Assembly (NCBI GenBank): GCA_014871655.1
Contig: WGSK01000006.1
Span: 882-64,881, forward strand
DNA from: Collinsella sp.
GTDB taxonomy: Bacteria > Actinomycetota > Coriobacteriia > Coriobacteriales > Coriobacteriaceae
Length of the DNA stretch: 64,000 nt
Direction of reading: 5' to 3'
The notes beneath the pieces are model-generated. The model saw only the letters and a list, made by a program, of their open reading frames with translations, made no database searches and was not told the DNA's origin. A program made the position numbers and the translations under genes. This document shows, one piece after another, positions 7,559 to 16,473 of the stretch. The first letter of the stretch is position 1. Each line of letters starts with the position of its first letter.

Positions 7559-10500
7559 ATGCCTGTTCGAATCTATACCACCAATGCCGGCACGGATTTG
7601 AGCGATGCCGAGTCGGCGCTGCTTGCCGACCTTATTGCCCGTCACGGGCGTGCCGTGTTGCTGGCACCAACGTTTGCCGAGCTCGATCTGTGCCGTCATG
7701 ATGCGGCGGAAGCCGGGGTTTCACTGGGTGTCGACTACAAGACGCCCACATCGTGGCTCAGCTCGCTGTGGGAGCTTATGGGCGATGGCCGCAGCTTTGT
7801 GGACAACCTTCAGCGCCAGATGCTGTTCTCGGACATGATCGACCGCTGCGACGACGCCGCTCTGCAGCCGCTTTCGCGCAGCCAGGGCACAGTGCGCATG
7901 CTCGCGCGCATGGCCCGCGACGTGTTGCCGGGCGTTGCGGGGACGGGTGCCGAACGATGCCGTGGCGACAACTGCCGGCCTGAGCCAAAAAGCGATGCCG
8001 AGGCTCGTGTGTTCGAGCTTTTGCGCGCCTACGCGGGCGGTTTGGACCGTCGAGATATGGTTGAGCCCTGCGAGGCAGCTGACATTATGACCAGTGTCCT
8101 GGCCGATAGCCTGCCGGCGTGCACTCGCGCCGTATGCGTGCGCGGTATCACGTCGTTTACGCACGGTCTGCTCGAGCTGCTGTCTGCCGTGGCGAACAAT
8201 GGGGGAGAGGTCGTCGTGCTGCTTGCCCGCGAGCAGGCGGCGATGCGCGAGGAGCTTGCCGCGGCATTTGATGCCCGCGATGTGTTGTTTGAGATCGCGC
8301 CGCTAGGGGAGGGTGTCGGCGCGTCTGATGCCGCTTGCGGGACCGCCGCTCAGCCTGCCTTTATTGAGGTCGCTGGCCCCCATGCCCGTGCTCATGCTTA
8401 TGCGGACGCAATTGATGATCTGGTAAAAACGTGCCGGGGTTCCGAGGTCGACGGCGTCGCGACGCCTGCCGACCCTGTGCGCGTGCTCGTTGTTTCTGCC
8501 CGGGCACCCCAGCTGTTCGTTGAGCTCGCCTCTCGTCTGGCGGCGCGTCACATTGCGGCCGAGACGACTGAGTTCACGGCGTTTTCCCAGTCCATCGCGG
8601 GCAGGCAGTTTACGGCGCTCGCCAACCTGATCGACCGTATGAAAGCCGCCGACGAGGGCACCGCTTCCAAGACCGAGTGGTGGCCCGCTCCGGAGCTTAC
8701 CGACTGGATTTATAGCCCGCTTTCGGGTGCCGACGCCGCGAGCGCCCGCGGCTTCGACAAGAACATACGCCTGTCGCGCAACAAGACCACTGCGGGCGTT
8801 AAGAGCCTGCTGCAGAGCGTCCAGGGTCAGGTGAGGGGCGCGCGCAAGGCGGCGAGCGACGAAAACTGGTTTAAGAACGTGCCGTGTGTGGTCTCGGACG
8901 TGTTCCAGGCGCTGTGGCGCGACAAACCCGTGACGGCGCTCAAGGCCATGCTCGCCGTTGCCGAGGCGCTGCCCGATCGCGCTCTAGGCGGCCTTGACGG
9001 CCTGGCCCGTCGCCAGGCAGAGACGGCTTTGCTGCGCCATGCCATCGACATCCTTATGAACGATGCTCGCGCACTCGACGTGTCGCAGGCCGTGACCGTG
9101 CCGGTTCTCGACGGCGTTCGAACCAAGGTGGACAAGCGCAGTACCGCTTACGATTACGCGACCTACGAGGTCGATCGCACGCCACGGGCACAAGTGCGCT
9201 TCGTGTCGCTTGCCGATGCGTCGGTTTTGCGTCCTGGCGGCTACGATGCCGTGCTGTTTGCCGATGTCGACCTGGACAGCTATCCGCTTTCGCACGAAGA
9301 GGGCCCGCTTGCCACATTGACGGCCGAGCTGCGCCGCGACGGCGTGTCTTTGGAGCCCGCCGCCCTGCTGCGCGTGCGCTTTGGCCGTGCGATGCAGGCG
9401 GCGAGCGGTCCGGTCGCGCTCGCCCGCGTGACGCACGATCGCCAGGCGCGCGAGTGCTACCCGGCAGCCGTATGGACCGAGCTGCGGGCACATGCCGAGG
9501 CCGCTGGCGCTGCCAAGCCCACGTGCGTGGGCGAGGGCGATATCATCGCCGACTTTGATCCCGCGGCAGGTGAAGGCCTCAAGCGCGAGCGCGTGACCTG
9601 TGAAGCCCCTCAGCATCTGAGTGCCGAGGCCGTGCCGTATTTGGTCCTGCGCCGTCGCGATGGCGAGGGCGAGGATGCGCCGCTGGTGCCGCGCTTGACG
9701 TCTGCCTCGCAGATCGAGGCCTATTCGACCTGTCCGCTATGCTGGTTCGTCTCGTATCGCGTCAAGCCCCAGTCGATCGACGCTGGCTTTGGCAACATGG
9801 AGAAGGGCAACTTTGTCCACGACGTGCTGGAGCATCTGCATGCCCGTCTGCCCCAAGAAGGCATGGAGCGCGTGACGCCCGAGAATCTGCCGCGTGCTCA
9901 GGAGCTGCTGCACGAGGTCTTTGACGAGACGTTGGCCGAGCACGCCGGCAAGCGCGGCACGGAGGGCCCGCTGGTGCCGCTCTCTGCGGTGGAGGAGCGC
10001 CAGGTGGCCGAGATCTTGCCGCAGCTGGAGGGCGTGCTCGCCTACGAGTCCGAGGCGCTCGCGCCCTTCGCGCCGCGCTATCTGGAGTTTGCGTTCAACG
10101 AGCTCCAGGTCGAGTATGCCGGTTGGCCGCTCGGTGGGCGCATCGACCGCGTTGACGTGGATGCCGAGAATCGCGCCGTGGTAATCGACTACAAGCATCG
10201 TTCGGGTGGCGAGGAGTTAAAGCTCGCCGACCCCACGGTGCGCGACGAGGAGGCGGGCGAGGCCCCCATCGACGACCCGCGCTGGCTGCCGCCCCATACC
10301 CAGACACTCATCTACGCGCAGGCCATGCGTCGGGCGCTGGGCCTAGATACCCGTGCTGCGCTCTATTTTTCGACCAAGGGCGGCAAGCCCGCGCTGCGCG
10401 GTGCGGCGAGCGCCGAGTTGCTTGAGGAAGAGCGCGGCGACGGTCGTATCCCGGGCCTTAAGAAGGGCTTTCCGGGCGAGGGCGGTAGCATGGACTTCGA

Positions 10501-10654
10501 TACGCTGCTCGACCGCGTGGAGACCGGAATTGCCGAGCGCCTGCACGAGCTCGAGGCGGGCGACGTCGCCGCCGTCGACCCGACATCGGCGCAGGCCGCG
10601 CATGCGCGCTGCTCGTATAACCACGAAGGAACGTTTGTAAGGAGGGACGTGTAG
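7559..10654 (+). CDS. addB: AddB-like protein: degenerate helicase-like N-terminus plus PD-(D/E)XK nuclease
   Basis: SASQIEAYSTCP, GNFVHDVLE, GRIDRVD-x-VIDYK, QTLIY; GGAGG SD; directly upstream of a UvrD-nuclease gene. Confidence 0.75.
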   Translation: MPVRIYTTNAGTDLSDAESALLADLIARHGRAVLLAPTFAELDLCRHDAAEAGVSLGVDYKTPTSWLSSLWELMGDGRSFVDNLQRQMLFSDMIDRCDDAALQPLSRSQGTVRMLARMARDVLPGVAGTGAERCRGDNCRPEPKSDAEARVFELLRAYAGGLDRRDMVEPCEAADIMTSVLADSLPACTRAVCVRGITSFTHGLLELLSAVANNGGEVVVLLAREQAAMREELAAAFDARDVLFEIAPLGEGVGASDAACGTAAQPAFIEVAGPHARAHAYADAIDDLVKTCRGSEVDGVATPADPVRVLVVSARAPQLFVELASRLAARHIAAETTEFTAFSQSIAGRQFTALANLIDRMKAADEGTASKTEWWPAPELTDWIYSPLSGADAASARGFDKNIRLSRNKTTAGVKSLLQSVQGQVRGARKAASDENWFKNVPCVVSDVFQALWRDKPVTALKAMLAVAEALPDRALGGLDGLARRQAETALLRHAIDILMNDARALDVSQAVTVPVLDGVRTKVDKRSTAYDYATYEVDRTPRAQVRFVSLADASVLRPGGYDAVLFADVDLDSYPLSHEEGPLATLTAELRRDGVSLEPAALLRVRFGRAMQAASGPVALARVTHDRQARECYPAAVWTELRAHAEAAGAAKPTCVGEGDIIADFDPAAGEGLKRERVTCEAPQHLSAEAVPYLVLRRRDGEGEDAPLVPRLTSASQIEAYSTCPLCWFVSYRVKPQSIDAGFGNMEKGNFVHDVLEHLHARLPQEGMERVTPENLPRAQELLHEVFDETLAEHAGKRGTEGPLVPLSAVEERQVAEILPQLEGVLAYESEALAPFAPRYLEFAFNELQVEYAGWPLGGRIDRVDVDAENRAVVIDYKHRSGGEELKLADPTVRDEEAGEAPIDDPRWLPPHTQTLIYAQAMRRALGLDTRAALYFSTKGGKPALRGAASAELLEEERGDGRIPGLKKGFPGEGGSMDFDTLLDRVETGIAERLHELEAGDVAAVDPTSAQAAHARCSYNHEGTFVRRDV

Positions 10655-10657
10655 ACT

Positions 10658-13600
10658 ATGGATCTTTCGACTTTGATGCCCCAACAGCTGCAAGTCGTCA
10701 AAACGCTCGACCGCCCGCTGTTTGTCTCGGCGGGCGCCGGTTCGGGCAAGACCTTTACCCTCACGCGCCGCATCGTCTATGCGCTCTCGCCCGAATCCGG
10801 TCCGTTTGTCGAACATCTGGACCAGGTGCTCGCCATTACCTTTACCAAAGACGCCGCGGCCGAGATTCGCGACCGTGTGCGCCGTGCGCTTATCGAAGAG
10901 GGTATGGACGAGGAGGCACTGACCGTCGACGACGCGTGGATTTCGACCATCCACGGCATGTGCTCGCGCATCCTGCGCGCGCACGCGCTGGAGCTGGGCA
11001 TCGATCCCGAGTTCACGGTGCTCACCGATACCGACGAGCTTATGGATCAGGCTGTTGAGCATGTGCTGGGGCGCGCGACGGCGCCCGATGCCGCGCTCGA
11101 GCTCGCCGCTTCGCTTAAGGCCCTCTACGCTTGGTATCCCATGGCGGGCGAGGGCGGGCCGTTTGGCGCCGGTACCACCATCAAAGGCCTGGTGCGCGAC
11201 CTGCTGGAGCTATCGAGCCAGCTTCCGGGCGGCATGGACGATGTGCGCGTGGCGCGTGGCCAGGCCGACACCTCGGCACTTGCCGATGCCTATCGTGCGG
11301 CGCTGGGCGCAAGCAAGGCCACGACCGAGAAAGCGCAGGTGGCACTCGACGCCATCGACGCGTTTGAGGCGAGCGGCAAAACCATGGAGGATGCGGCGCG
11401 ACTCATGATGTCGTGCAGCATGCCTCGGGCGAGCAAGGCGTTTCCTAAGGAGCAGGTGGAGCTACTCAAGGCCGAGGCCGCCGATGCGTTTATCAATATC
11501 GTGCTTGCCTGCGGCGGCCCGGCGCTCGATGCGCTGGTGGGGCTTGCCCGTGCCGTAGAGGCGGAGTACCGTGCGCTCAAGGCCGACCAGTCCGCGCTCG
11601 ATAACAATGACCTGCTGCGCATGGCGTACGAGGCGCTGCGCGACTATCCCGCCATCCGAGCCGCCTACGAGGGCCGCTTTAAGATGGTCATGATCGACGA
11701 GTTCCAAGATACCGACCAGATGCAGGTCGATCTGATTCGCTATCTGACGGGAGCGGGGGAGCGCGCGCTGTGCACCGTAGGCGATGCGCAGCAGTCGATC
11801 TACCGCTTCCGTGGTGCCGAGGTTGAGGTGTTCCGTCGCCAGGAGCGCAAAGTTGGCCTGTCTGCCGCGCCTGAGACCTCCGTCGCATCCGATGCCCCTG
11901 CCGGCGAGCTCGTCAAACTCGTGCGCAACTTCCGCAGTCACGACGAGGTGCTGCGCTACGTGGCACGCGTCTTTGACGGCGACACCGGTGGTTTGATGCA
12001 GGGGTTCTTGGATCTTGAGCCGAGCGACGATCGCGAGGACAAGCTCAAGTCAAAGGCTTCGCGCCGCCAGGCGGTCTTCGTTGCCGGCGGCAGCACGCAG
12101 GAGCGAACGCAAGCGAAAGCTCGCGTGATTGCCGAGCGGTTCCAAGCGCTCGGCAAAGCGGGGCAGCCCCAGGGCGATATGGTGCTGCTGCTGGGTCGCA
12201 TGACCAATGCCGACGTCTACGCGCAGGCCTTCCGCGACCAGGGGCTCGACTGCGTCATCGCGGGCGGCTCGGTCTTTGCCCAAGCCGCCGAGGTGCAGAC
12301 GGTGCGCGCCCTGGTTTGTGCGCTCGCCAATCCGGCCGATACGGCGCAGGGCCTTATGCCACTGCTGGCCTCGCCGATGTTTGCACTCGGCGCCCAGGAG
12401 TTCCTGGCGCTGGCAACCAAGCTCGACGAGCAGACGGGCGAGACGGCGCGCCGCAACATCGATGCGGGCATCATGAGCGATTCCGATGTGCCGGGTTTGC
12501 AAAACCTGCCGCTCGTGACGCGCGCCCGCGAGGTGCTGCGCTACGCGTTTCGTCGCGTGGGGCGTGATTCGTTCGCCGCCGTCGCGCGCGACGTGGTCAA
12601 TGCCTCCGGCTGGTTCGTGCGTCTGGCGCAGCTCGGCCCCGAGGGCAAGGCCATTGCCGCCAACGTGCTCAAGGCGCTCGACGCCGTGGCCGAGGCAGAG
12701 GCCGAGTTCGGCAATTCTCCGCGCTCCATCGCGCTCGCCTTCGACCGCTTCTTGGCGGGCAAGGAGGCCCCGGGCGCCCTCAACGAGGAGGGTGACGGCG
12801 CGGTGCGCATCATGACCGTGCATGCGTCCAAGGGTCTGGAATATCCGGTCGTAGCGGTTGCCGAGTGTTTTGGCGTGCGTAAGTCCTCGGGTGCGGCACA
12901 GATGGGTCGCGTCGAGGGCGGAGCGCAGGTCGTGGCACTGCCGGCACGCTTCGACGGCGTTAAGCTTGCCGACGGTACCTTTGTGAAGGGCGACGACGTC
13001 AAAAAGCAGTTTGAGCATGCGTTTAAGGGCAAGGGCACGTCGCTGTGGTTGCCGCCAGAGCTTATGGAGGACGTATGCGCGACGGGCTCTCCCGCCGAGG
13101 CATTTGCCCGCCTGCGCAACGACGACCTGCAGCTTTCGCTTGAGGAGCGGGCTCGTCTGCTCTATGTCGCCATGACGCGAGCGCGTGAGCTGGTCATTTT
13201 GGCGATGGACGCCGGCGTGAGCCGCGGCAAGGTGACGGCGCCGACCTTCGACGTCGAGACCGATCTGACCTACGATGTCCTGCGCCGCATTCTGCCGACG
13301 GATGCTCTGGGTATGCCGCAGCTCGATAGCGACCGTTTGGTGTTCGACAGCTCCAAGCCGGGCGACTACGAGCTCATCTCGCTGGCGGACTTTACGTTTG
13401 GCGAGCAAGCGTTTGAGGCCAACGCTTCGCTGGATGCCGAGGGCAGGCTCGTTCGTGGCGATGCCGATGCCGCCGATAATGCTGCGCGCTCAACCGTCCC
13501 CGGTCCTGCCGACCCCAAGCCCGATTCGTTTGAGCTTGTGTATCCCCAGGCGGCGGGCGTGCGCATGGGCGTGTGTCCGTTCCCGGCGCGTGATTCGTAC

Positions 13601-14284
13601 AGCTATTCGTCGATTGCCGCGGCGCTCCATGCCGAGTCCGAGGACCGTGCCGCCGAGGCGCACGTGCCCATGGACGAGGCTGGCGATGATGCAGAGTCGG
13701 ATGGCTCGGAAATAACCGATGCAGACGTGGCCGCTGTCGAGCCCGCCGGCAATCCCATGGCGCTGGGCTCGGCCTTCCACGCCGCCTGCCAGTGGCTCAT
13801 CGAGATGGGTGCCGACGCGTTGCCCGCCGCGCGTGCCGATGCGCTGGCACGCTTGTGGCGCCTGACGCCGGAGCAGCGCGAACGCTTCGACGTTGCCCTG
13901 GACCGCTGGCTCAAGTCGGCTGTTCGTGCCGACCTGCTCGCGTGGCTGTGCGTTCGCGCCGAGGTGCCGTTCTTTTCGCTGGGCTGCGAGGACGAGGACA
14001 TCGCTCGCTACGGTGCCTATGCCGAGGGCGCCATCGATGCACTGGCCACCGACCCGGCCGATCCGTCGCGCGCACTGGTCATCGATTACAAGACGGGTGG
14101 CACGCCGGATGAGACGCCGGACCAGCTGCTCGAGAAGCACGCTCTGCAGGCGCGCGTCTACGCTGATGTTCTGCACAAGGCGGGCTTTGAGGCCGTGACC
14201 GTCAAGTTCGTTCGCGTGGAGCAAGCGAACCCCGCCATCTTCGTCGGACCCGCCGAACCCCAAGTAGTCACCTACAATCTCTAG
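10658..14284 (+). CDS. addA: AddA-like UvrD helicase with C-terminal nuclease
   Basis: AGAGSGKT, ITFT, DEFQDT, VGDAQQSIYRFRGA, NFRS, TVHASKGLEY, LLYVAMTRA, GAID...IDYKTG. Confidence 0.88.
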   Translation: MDLSTLMPQQLQVVKTLDRPLFVSAGAGSGKTFTLTRRIVYALSPESGPFVEHLDQVLAITFTKDAAAEIRDRVRRALIEEGMDEEALTVDDAWISTIHGMCSRILRAHALELGIDPEFTVLTDTDELMDQAVEHVLGRATAPDAALELAASLKALYAWYPMAGEGGPFGAGTTIKGLVRDLLELSSQLPGGMDDVRVARGQADTSALADAYRAALGASKATTEKAQVALDAIDAFEASGKTMEDAARLMMSCSMPRASKAFPKEQVELLKAEAADAFINIVLACGGPALDALVGLARAVEAEYRALKADQSALDNNDLLRMAYEALRDYPAIRAAYEGRFKMVMIDEFQDTDQMQVDLIRYLTGAGERALCTVGDAQQSIYRFRGAEVEVFRRQERKVGLSAAPETSVASDAPAGELVKLVRNFRSHDEVLRYVARVFDGDTGGLMQGFLDLEPSDDREDKLKSKASRRQAVFVAGGSTQERTQAKARVIAERFQALGKAGQPQGDMVLLLGRMTNADVYAQAFRDQGLDCVIAGGSVFAQAAEVQTVRALVCALANPADTAQGLMPLLASPMFALGAQEFLALATKLDEQTGETARRNIDAGIMSDSDVPGLQNLPLVTRAREVLRYAFRRVGRDSFAAVARDVVNASGWFVRLAQLGPEGKAIAANVLKALDAVAEAEAEFGNSPRSIALAFDRFLAGKEAPGALNEEGDGAVRIMTVHASKGLEYPVVAVAECFGVRKSSGAAQMGRVEGGAQVVALPARFDGVKLADGTFVKGDDVKKQFEHAFKGKGTSLWLPPELMEDVCATGSPAEAFARLRNDDLQLSLEERARLLYVAMTRARELVILAMDAGVSRGKVTAPTFDVETDLTYDVLRRILPTDALGMPQLDSDRLVFDSSKPGDYELISLADFTFGEQAFEANASLDAEGRLVRGDADAADNAARSTVPGPADPKPDSFELVYPQAAGVRMGVCPFPARDSYSYSSIAAALHAESEDRAAEAHVPMDEAGDDAESDGSEITDADVAAVEPAGNPMALGSAFHAACQWLIEMGADALPAARADALARLWRLTPEQRERFDVALDRWLKSAVRADLLAWLCVRAEVPFFSLGCEDEDIARYGAYAEGAIDALATDPADPSRALVIDYKTGGTPDETPDQLLEKHALQARVYADVLHKAGFEAVTVKFVRVEQANPAIFVGPAEPQVVTYNL

Positions 14285-14296
14285 CCCTCAGATAAC

Positions 14297-14359
14297 TTGC
14301 GGTGGAATACGGACTGTTTTGGCCAAAAAAGCCGCCAAACAGTCCGCATTTCACCGCAA
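14297..14359. repeat. REP-like palindrome family A, copy 2 (63 bp)
   Basis: TTGCGGTGGAATACGGACTGTTT...AAACAGTCCGCATTTCACCGCAA; same length and similar arms to 3262-3324. Confidence 0.8.
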
Positions 14360-14420
14360 CGCATGGGAGAGCCTGGGGCGGTACAATGACTCGAACGGTT
14401 CAAACGAATAAGGAGCCATC

Positions 14421-14930
14421 ATGCAGCTCACCAAAATGCTTAAGGTGACGCCGGAGGAGCTTTTTGACGCTCTGGCGGGGTTCATCATGCAGGATATCGA
14501 GAACGCCACGGGCAAGCGTCCCAGCCGCAACAAGCTCAACGGTTATAAGTACGAGAAGCGCGCCCAGTCCGCAAAAGGCAAGGCCAAGGGCACGGCGATC
14601 AAGGTTAAGATCAAGCACTTCGACTACCCGTGCCTCTATGAGGTCCGTTTTCAGTATGCGGCGGGCATCAATACCATGCGCTATGAGGCTGCACCTGCTG
14701 GCGATGGTGCCTGCGAGCTCACCTATACCGAGGATTTTCAGGGTGTGGGTGGCAACACGTCTGGCACGCGCGGCAAGCTTGGCCTCTTCTTCTATGAGCG
14801 AAAGCTCAAGAGCCACGCCAACCAGACGATTGATCAAATCGTCAAATACATCGAGGGTGAGCGCCGCGTAAGGGCTAATCCCGCCTTCGCCGATGATACT
14901 GCCGAAAACGCTTCGGATGTATTCCATTGA
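14421..14930 (+). CDS. DUF3284 domain protein
   Basis: DIENATGK, GYKYEK, LTYTE pattern; AGGAG SD. Confidence 0.65.
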   Translation: MQLTKMLKVTPEELFDALAGFIMQDIENATGKRPSRNKLNGYKYEKRAQSAKGKAKGTAIKVKIKHFDYPCLYEVRFQYAAGINTMRYEAAPAGDGACELTYTEDFQGVGGNTSGTRGKLGLFFYERKLKSHANQTIDQIVKYIEGERRVRANPAFADDTAENASDVFH

Positions 14931-15033
14931 TACCCTGTGCAAAAGCTTTACCACTCTTCACATCAGCTGTGAACACTTCAGGCTTCGAGCCAGTAGCGAG
15001 CACCCCGACAAAAATAGTCGTTAGGAGTGCCAA

Positions 15034-16233
15034 ATGAATAAGAATGCCACTGCGCAGCTGCACATCTATTCCGCCTTTTTCGTTCTCGCGGGATTTGTTT
15101 TAAATCGGGGAGTGTTTCTACTTTTCCTTGCGGAGAAAGGAATGTCTGTCACGGAAATCGCGCTTTATCAAGCCCTGTTTAACATTGCAACGGTCGTCCT
15201 CGAGCTGCCAACAGGGCTGATAGGCGATTTCTTTGGAAAGAAGTTCTCGATTCAAGTGGGCGTGCTGCTGCTTTTCTTCCATACGGCTGGCATGCTGTTG
15301 CTCTCAGGCCCCTTTCTCGTCGCGCTTTCCCTTGTTGAGGCACTCGCCTACTCCCTTCAATCGGGATCCGAACAAGCACTTTTATATGAAATTGCCCGAA
15401 ATGCCGGTCAAGGAGAGCGCTTCCTCACCATCAACGCTCGGCTGCTTGCCGCGCAATCAATCGCGACGGGAGTGGCAATCGTACTTGGATCATTCATTGC
15501 CCAAGTATCTTGGAGTGCCCTCTACGTATGCGTTTCCGTTTTCTATCTCCTGCAGCTTTTCCTTCTGTATCCCATTGAGAGAATGGAAACGACCCATTCC
15601 AAAAACTCTGGGGAGGAAAGGTTTGACGTAGCCAAGGTCTTCAGACGCGAAACCTGGTGCATTGGAGAATCCGCTTTTGCGGTGTTGCTTCTTCTAATCG
15701 GCACAAGCATGCTCGATGGATTCTATGGGAGTTATTACAACTTGAATCAGTTGGTATTCGACGCATTTGATGCTCCCGTCTCCATAATAGGAATCTTTTT
15801 CGGTGCATCCTATGCAGTAAATGCGACGGCCTACATTGCAGCAGATTTCTTCTCATCGCGTTTCGGGAAAAGAAATACCATGCTCGGCTCGATGCTAATC
15901 GAGGCCGGTCTTTTCATGATTCTTCCGTGGTTCGCTTCAAATCCGCTGTGTTTGTTTGGCCTTAGCATGGTGCTTTGTTTTCTCCCAGAAGTGGTGTACA
16001 TCACTTCGGAAAACTTAATCCAAGACGCGATAGCGGACGATCTCCGCGCGACGATCCTTTCCGTCGCGTCTCTGGTAAGGGCTCTCTTTTCTGCAGTGTT
16101 TTTCTCCATATTTGGATATGTGTTGGGGTTATATCCCATTCAGATAGCACTCGGTGTTATTGGCGCAATCGCGATAGCAGTTACCGCCGTTGTTTCTTTA
16201 AAAATGGTAGGAATACATGTCTCCAAGAATTGA
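15034..16233 (+). CDS. MFS transporter, atypical low-GC composition
   Basis: ~12 hydrophobic segments; ELPTGLIGDFFGKK, SGSEQALLYE, LRATILS; AGGAG SD; visibly more AT-rich than flanks. Confidence 0.88.
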   Translation: MNKNATAQLHIYSAFFVLAGFVLNRGVFLLFLAEKGMSVTEIALYQALFNIATVVLELPTGLIGDFFGKKFSIQVGVLLLFFHTAGMLLLSGPFLVALSLVEALAYSLQSGSEQALLYEIARNAGQGERFLTINARLLAAQSIATGVAIVLGSFIAQVSWSALYVCVSVFYLLQLFLLYPIERMETTHSKNSGEERFDVAKVFRRETWCIGESAFAVLLLLIGTSMLDGFYGSYYNLNQLVFDAFDAPVSIIGIFFGASYAVNATAYIAADFFSSRFGKRNTMLGSMLIEAGLFMILPWFASNPLCLFGLSMVLCFLPEVVYITSENLIQDAIADDLRATILSVASLVRALFSAVFFSIFGYVLGLYPIQIALGVIGAIAIAVTAVVSLKMVGIHVSKN

Positions 16234-16371
16234 TATATCGATTGACGAGCTGCCCGAAGCGTCGAGCCTTCTTGATGGACATGACTATTCGTCACAAATC
16301 ATTTCGCGCATCGCCGGGGTTCCAGTAATACTCGATGTATCTGGATGCCCTCATTCCCCTTTTTGAAGGTA

Positions 16372-16386
16372 CCAAATTAGCTACCC
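16372..16386. repeat. Truncated arm of REP-like family B
   Basis: CCAAATTAGCTACCC identical to 20404-20418. Confidence 0.55.
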
Positions 16387-16473
16387 GTGTGGGTTTGGCT
16401 AGGTTCGGGTGCCGTCCGCGCCGTGCGGTAAAATCGTTCAGTCAGAACACGAACCCGCATCGGAGCTCATCAC

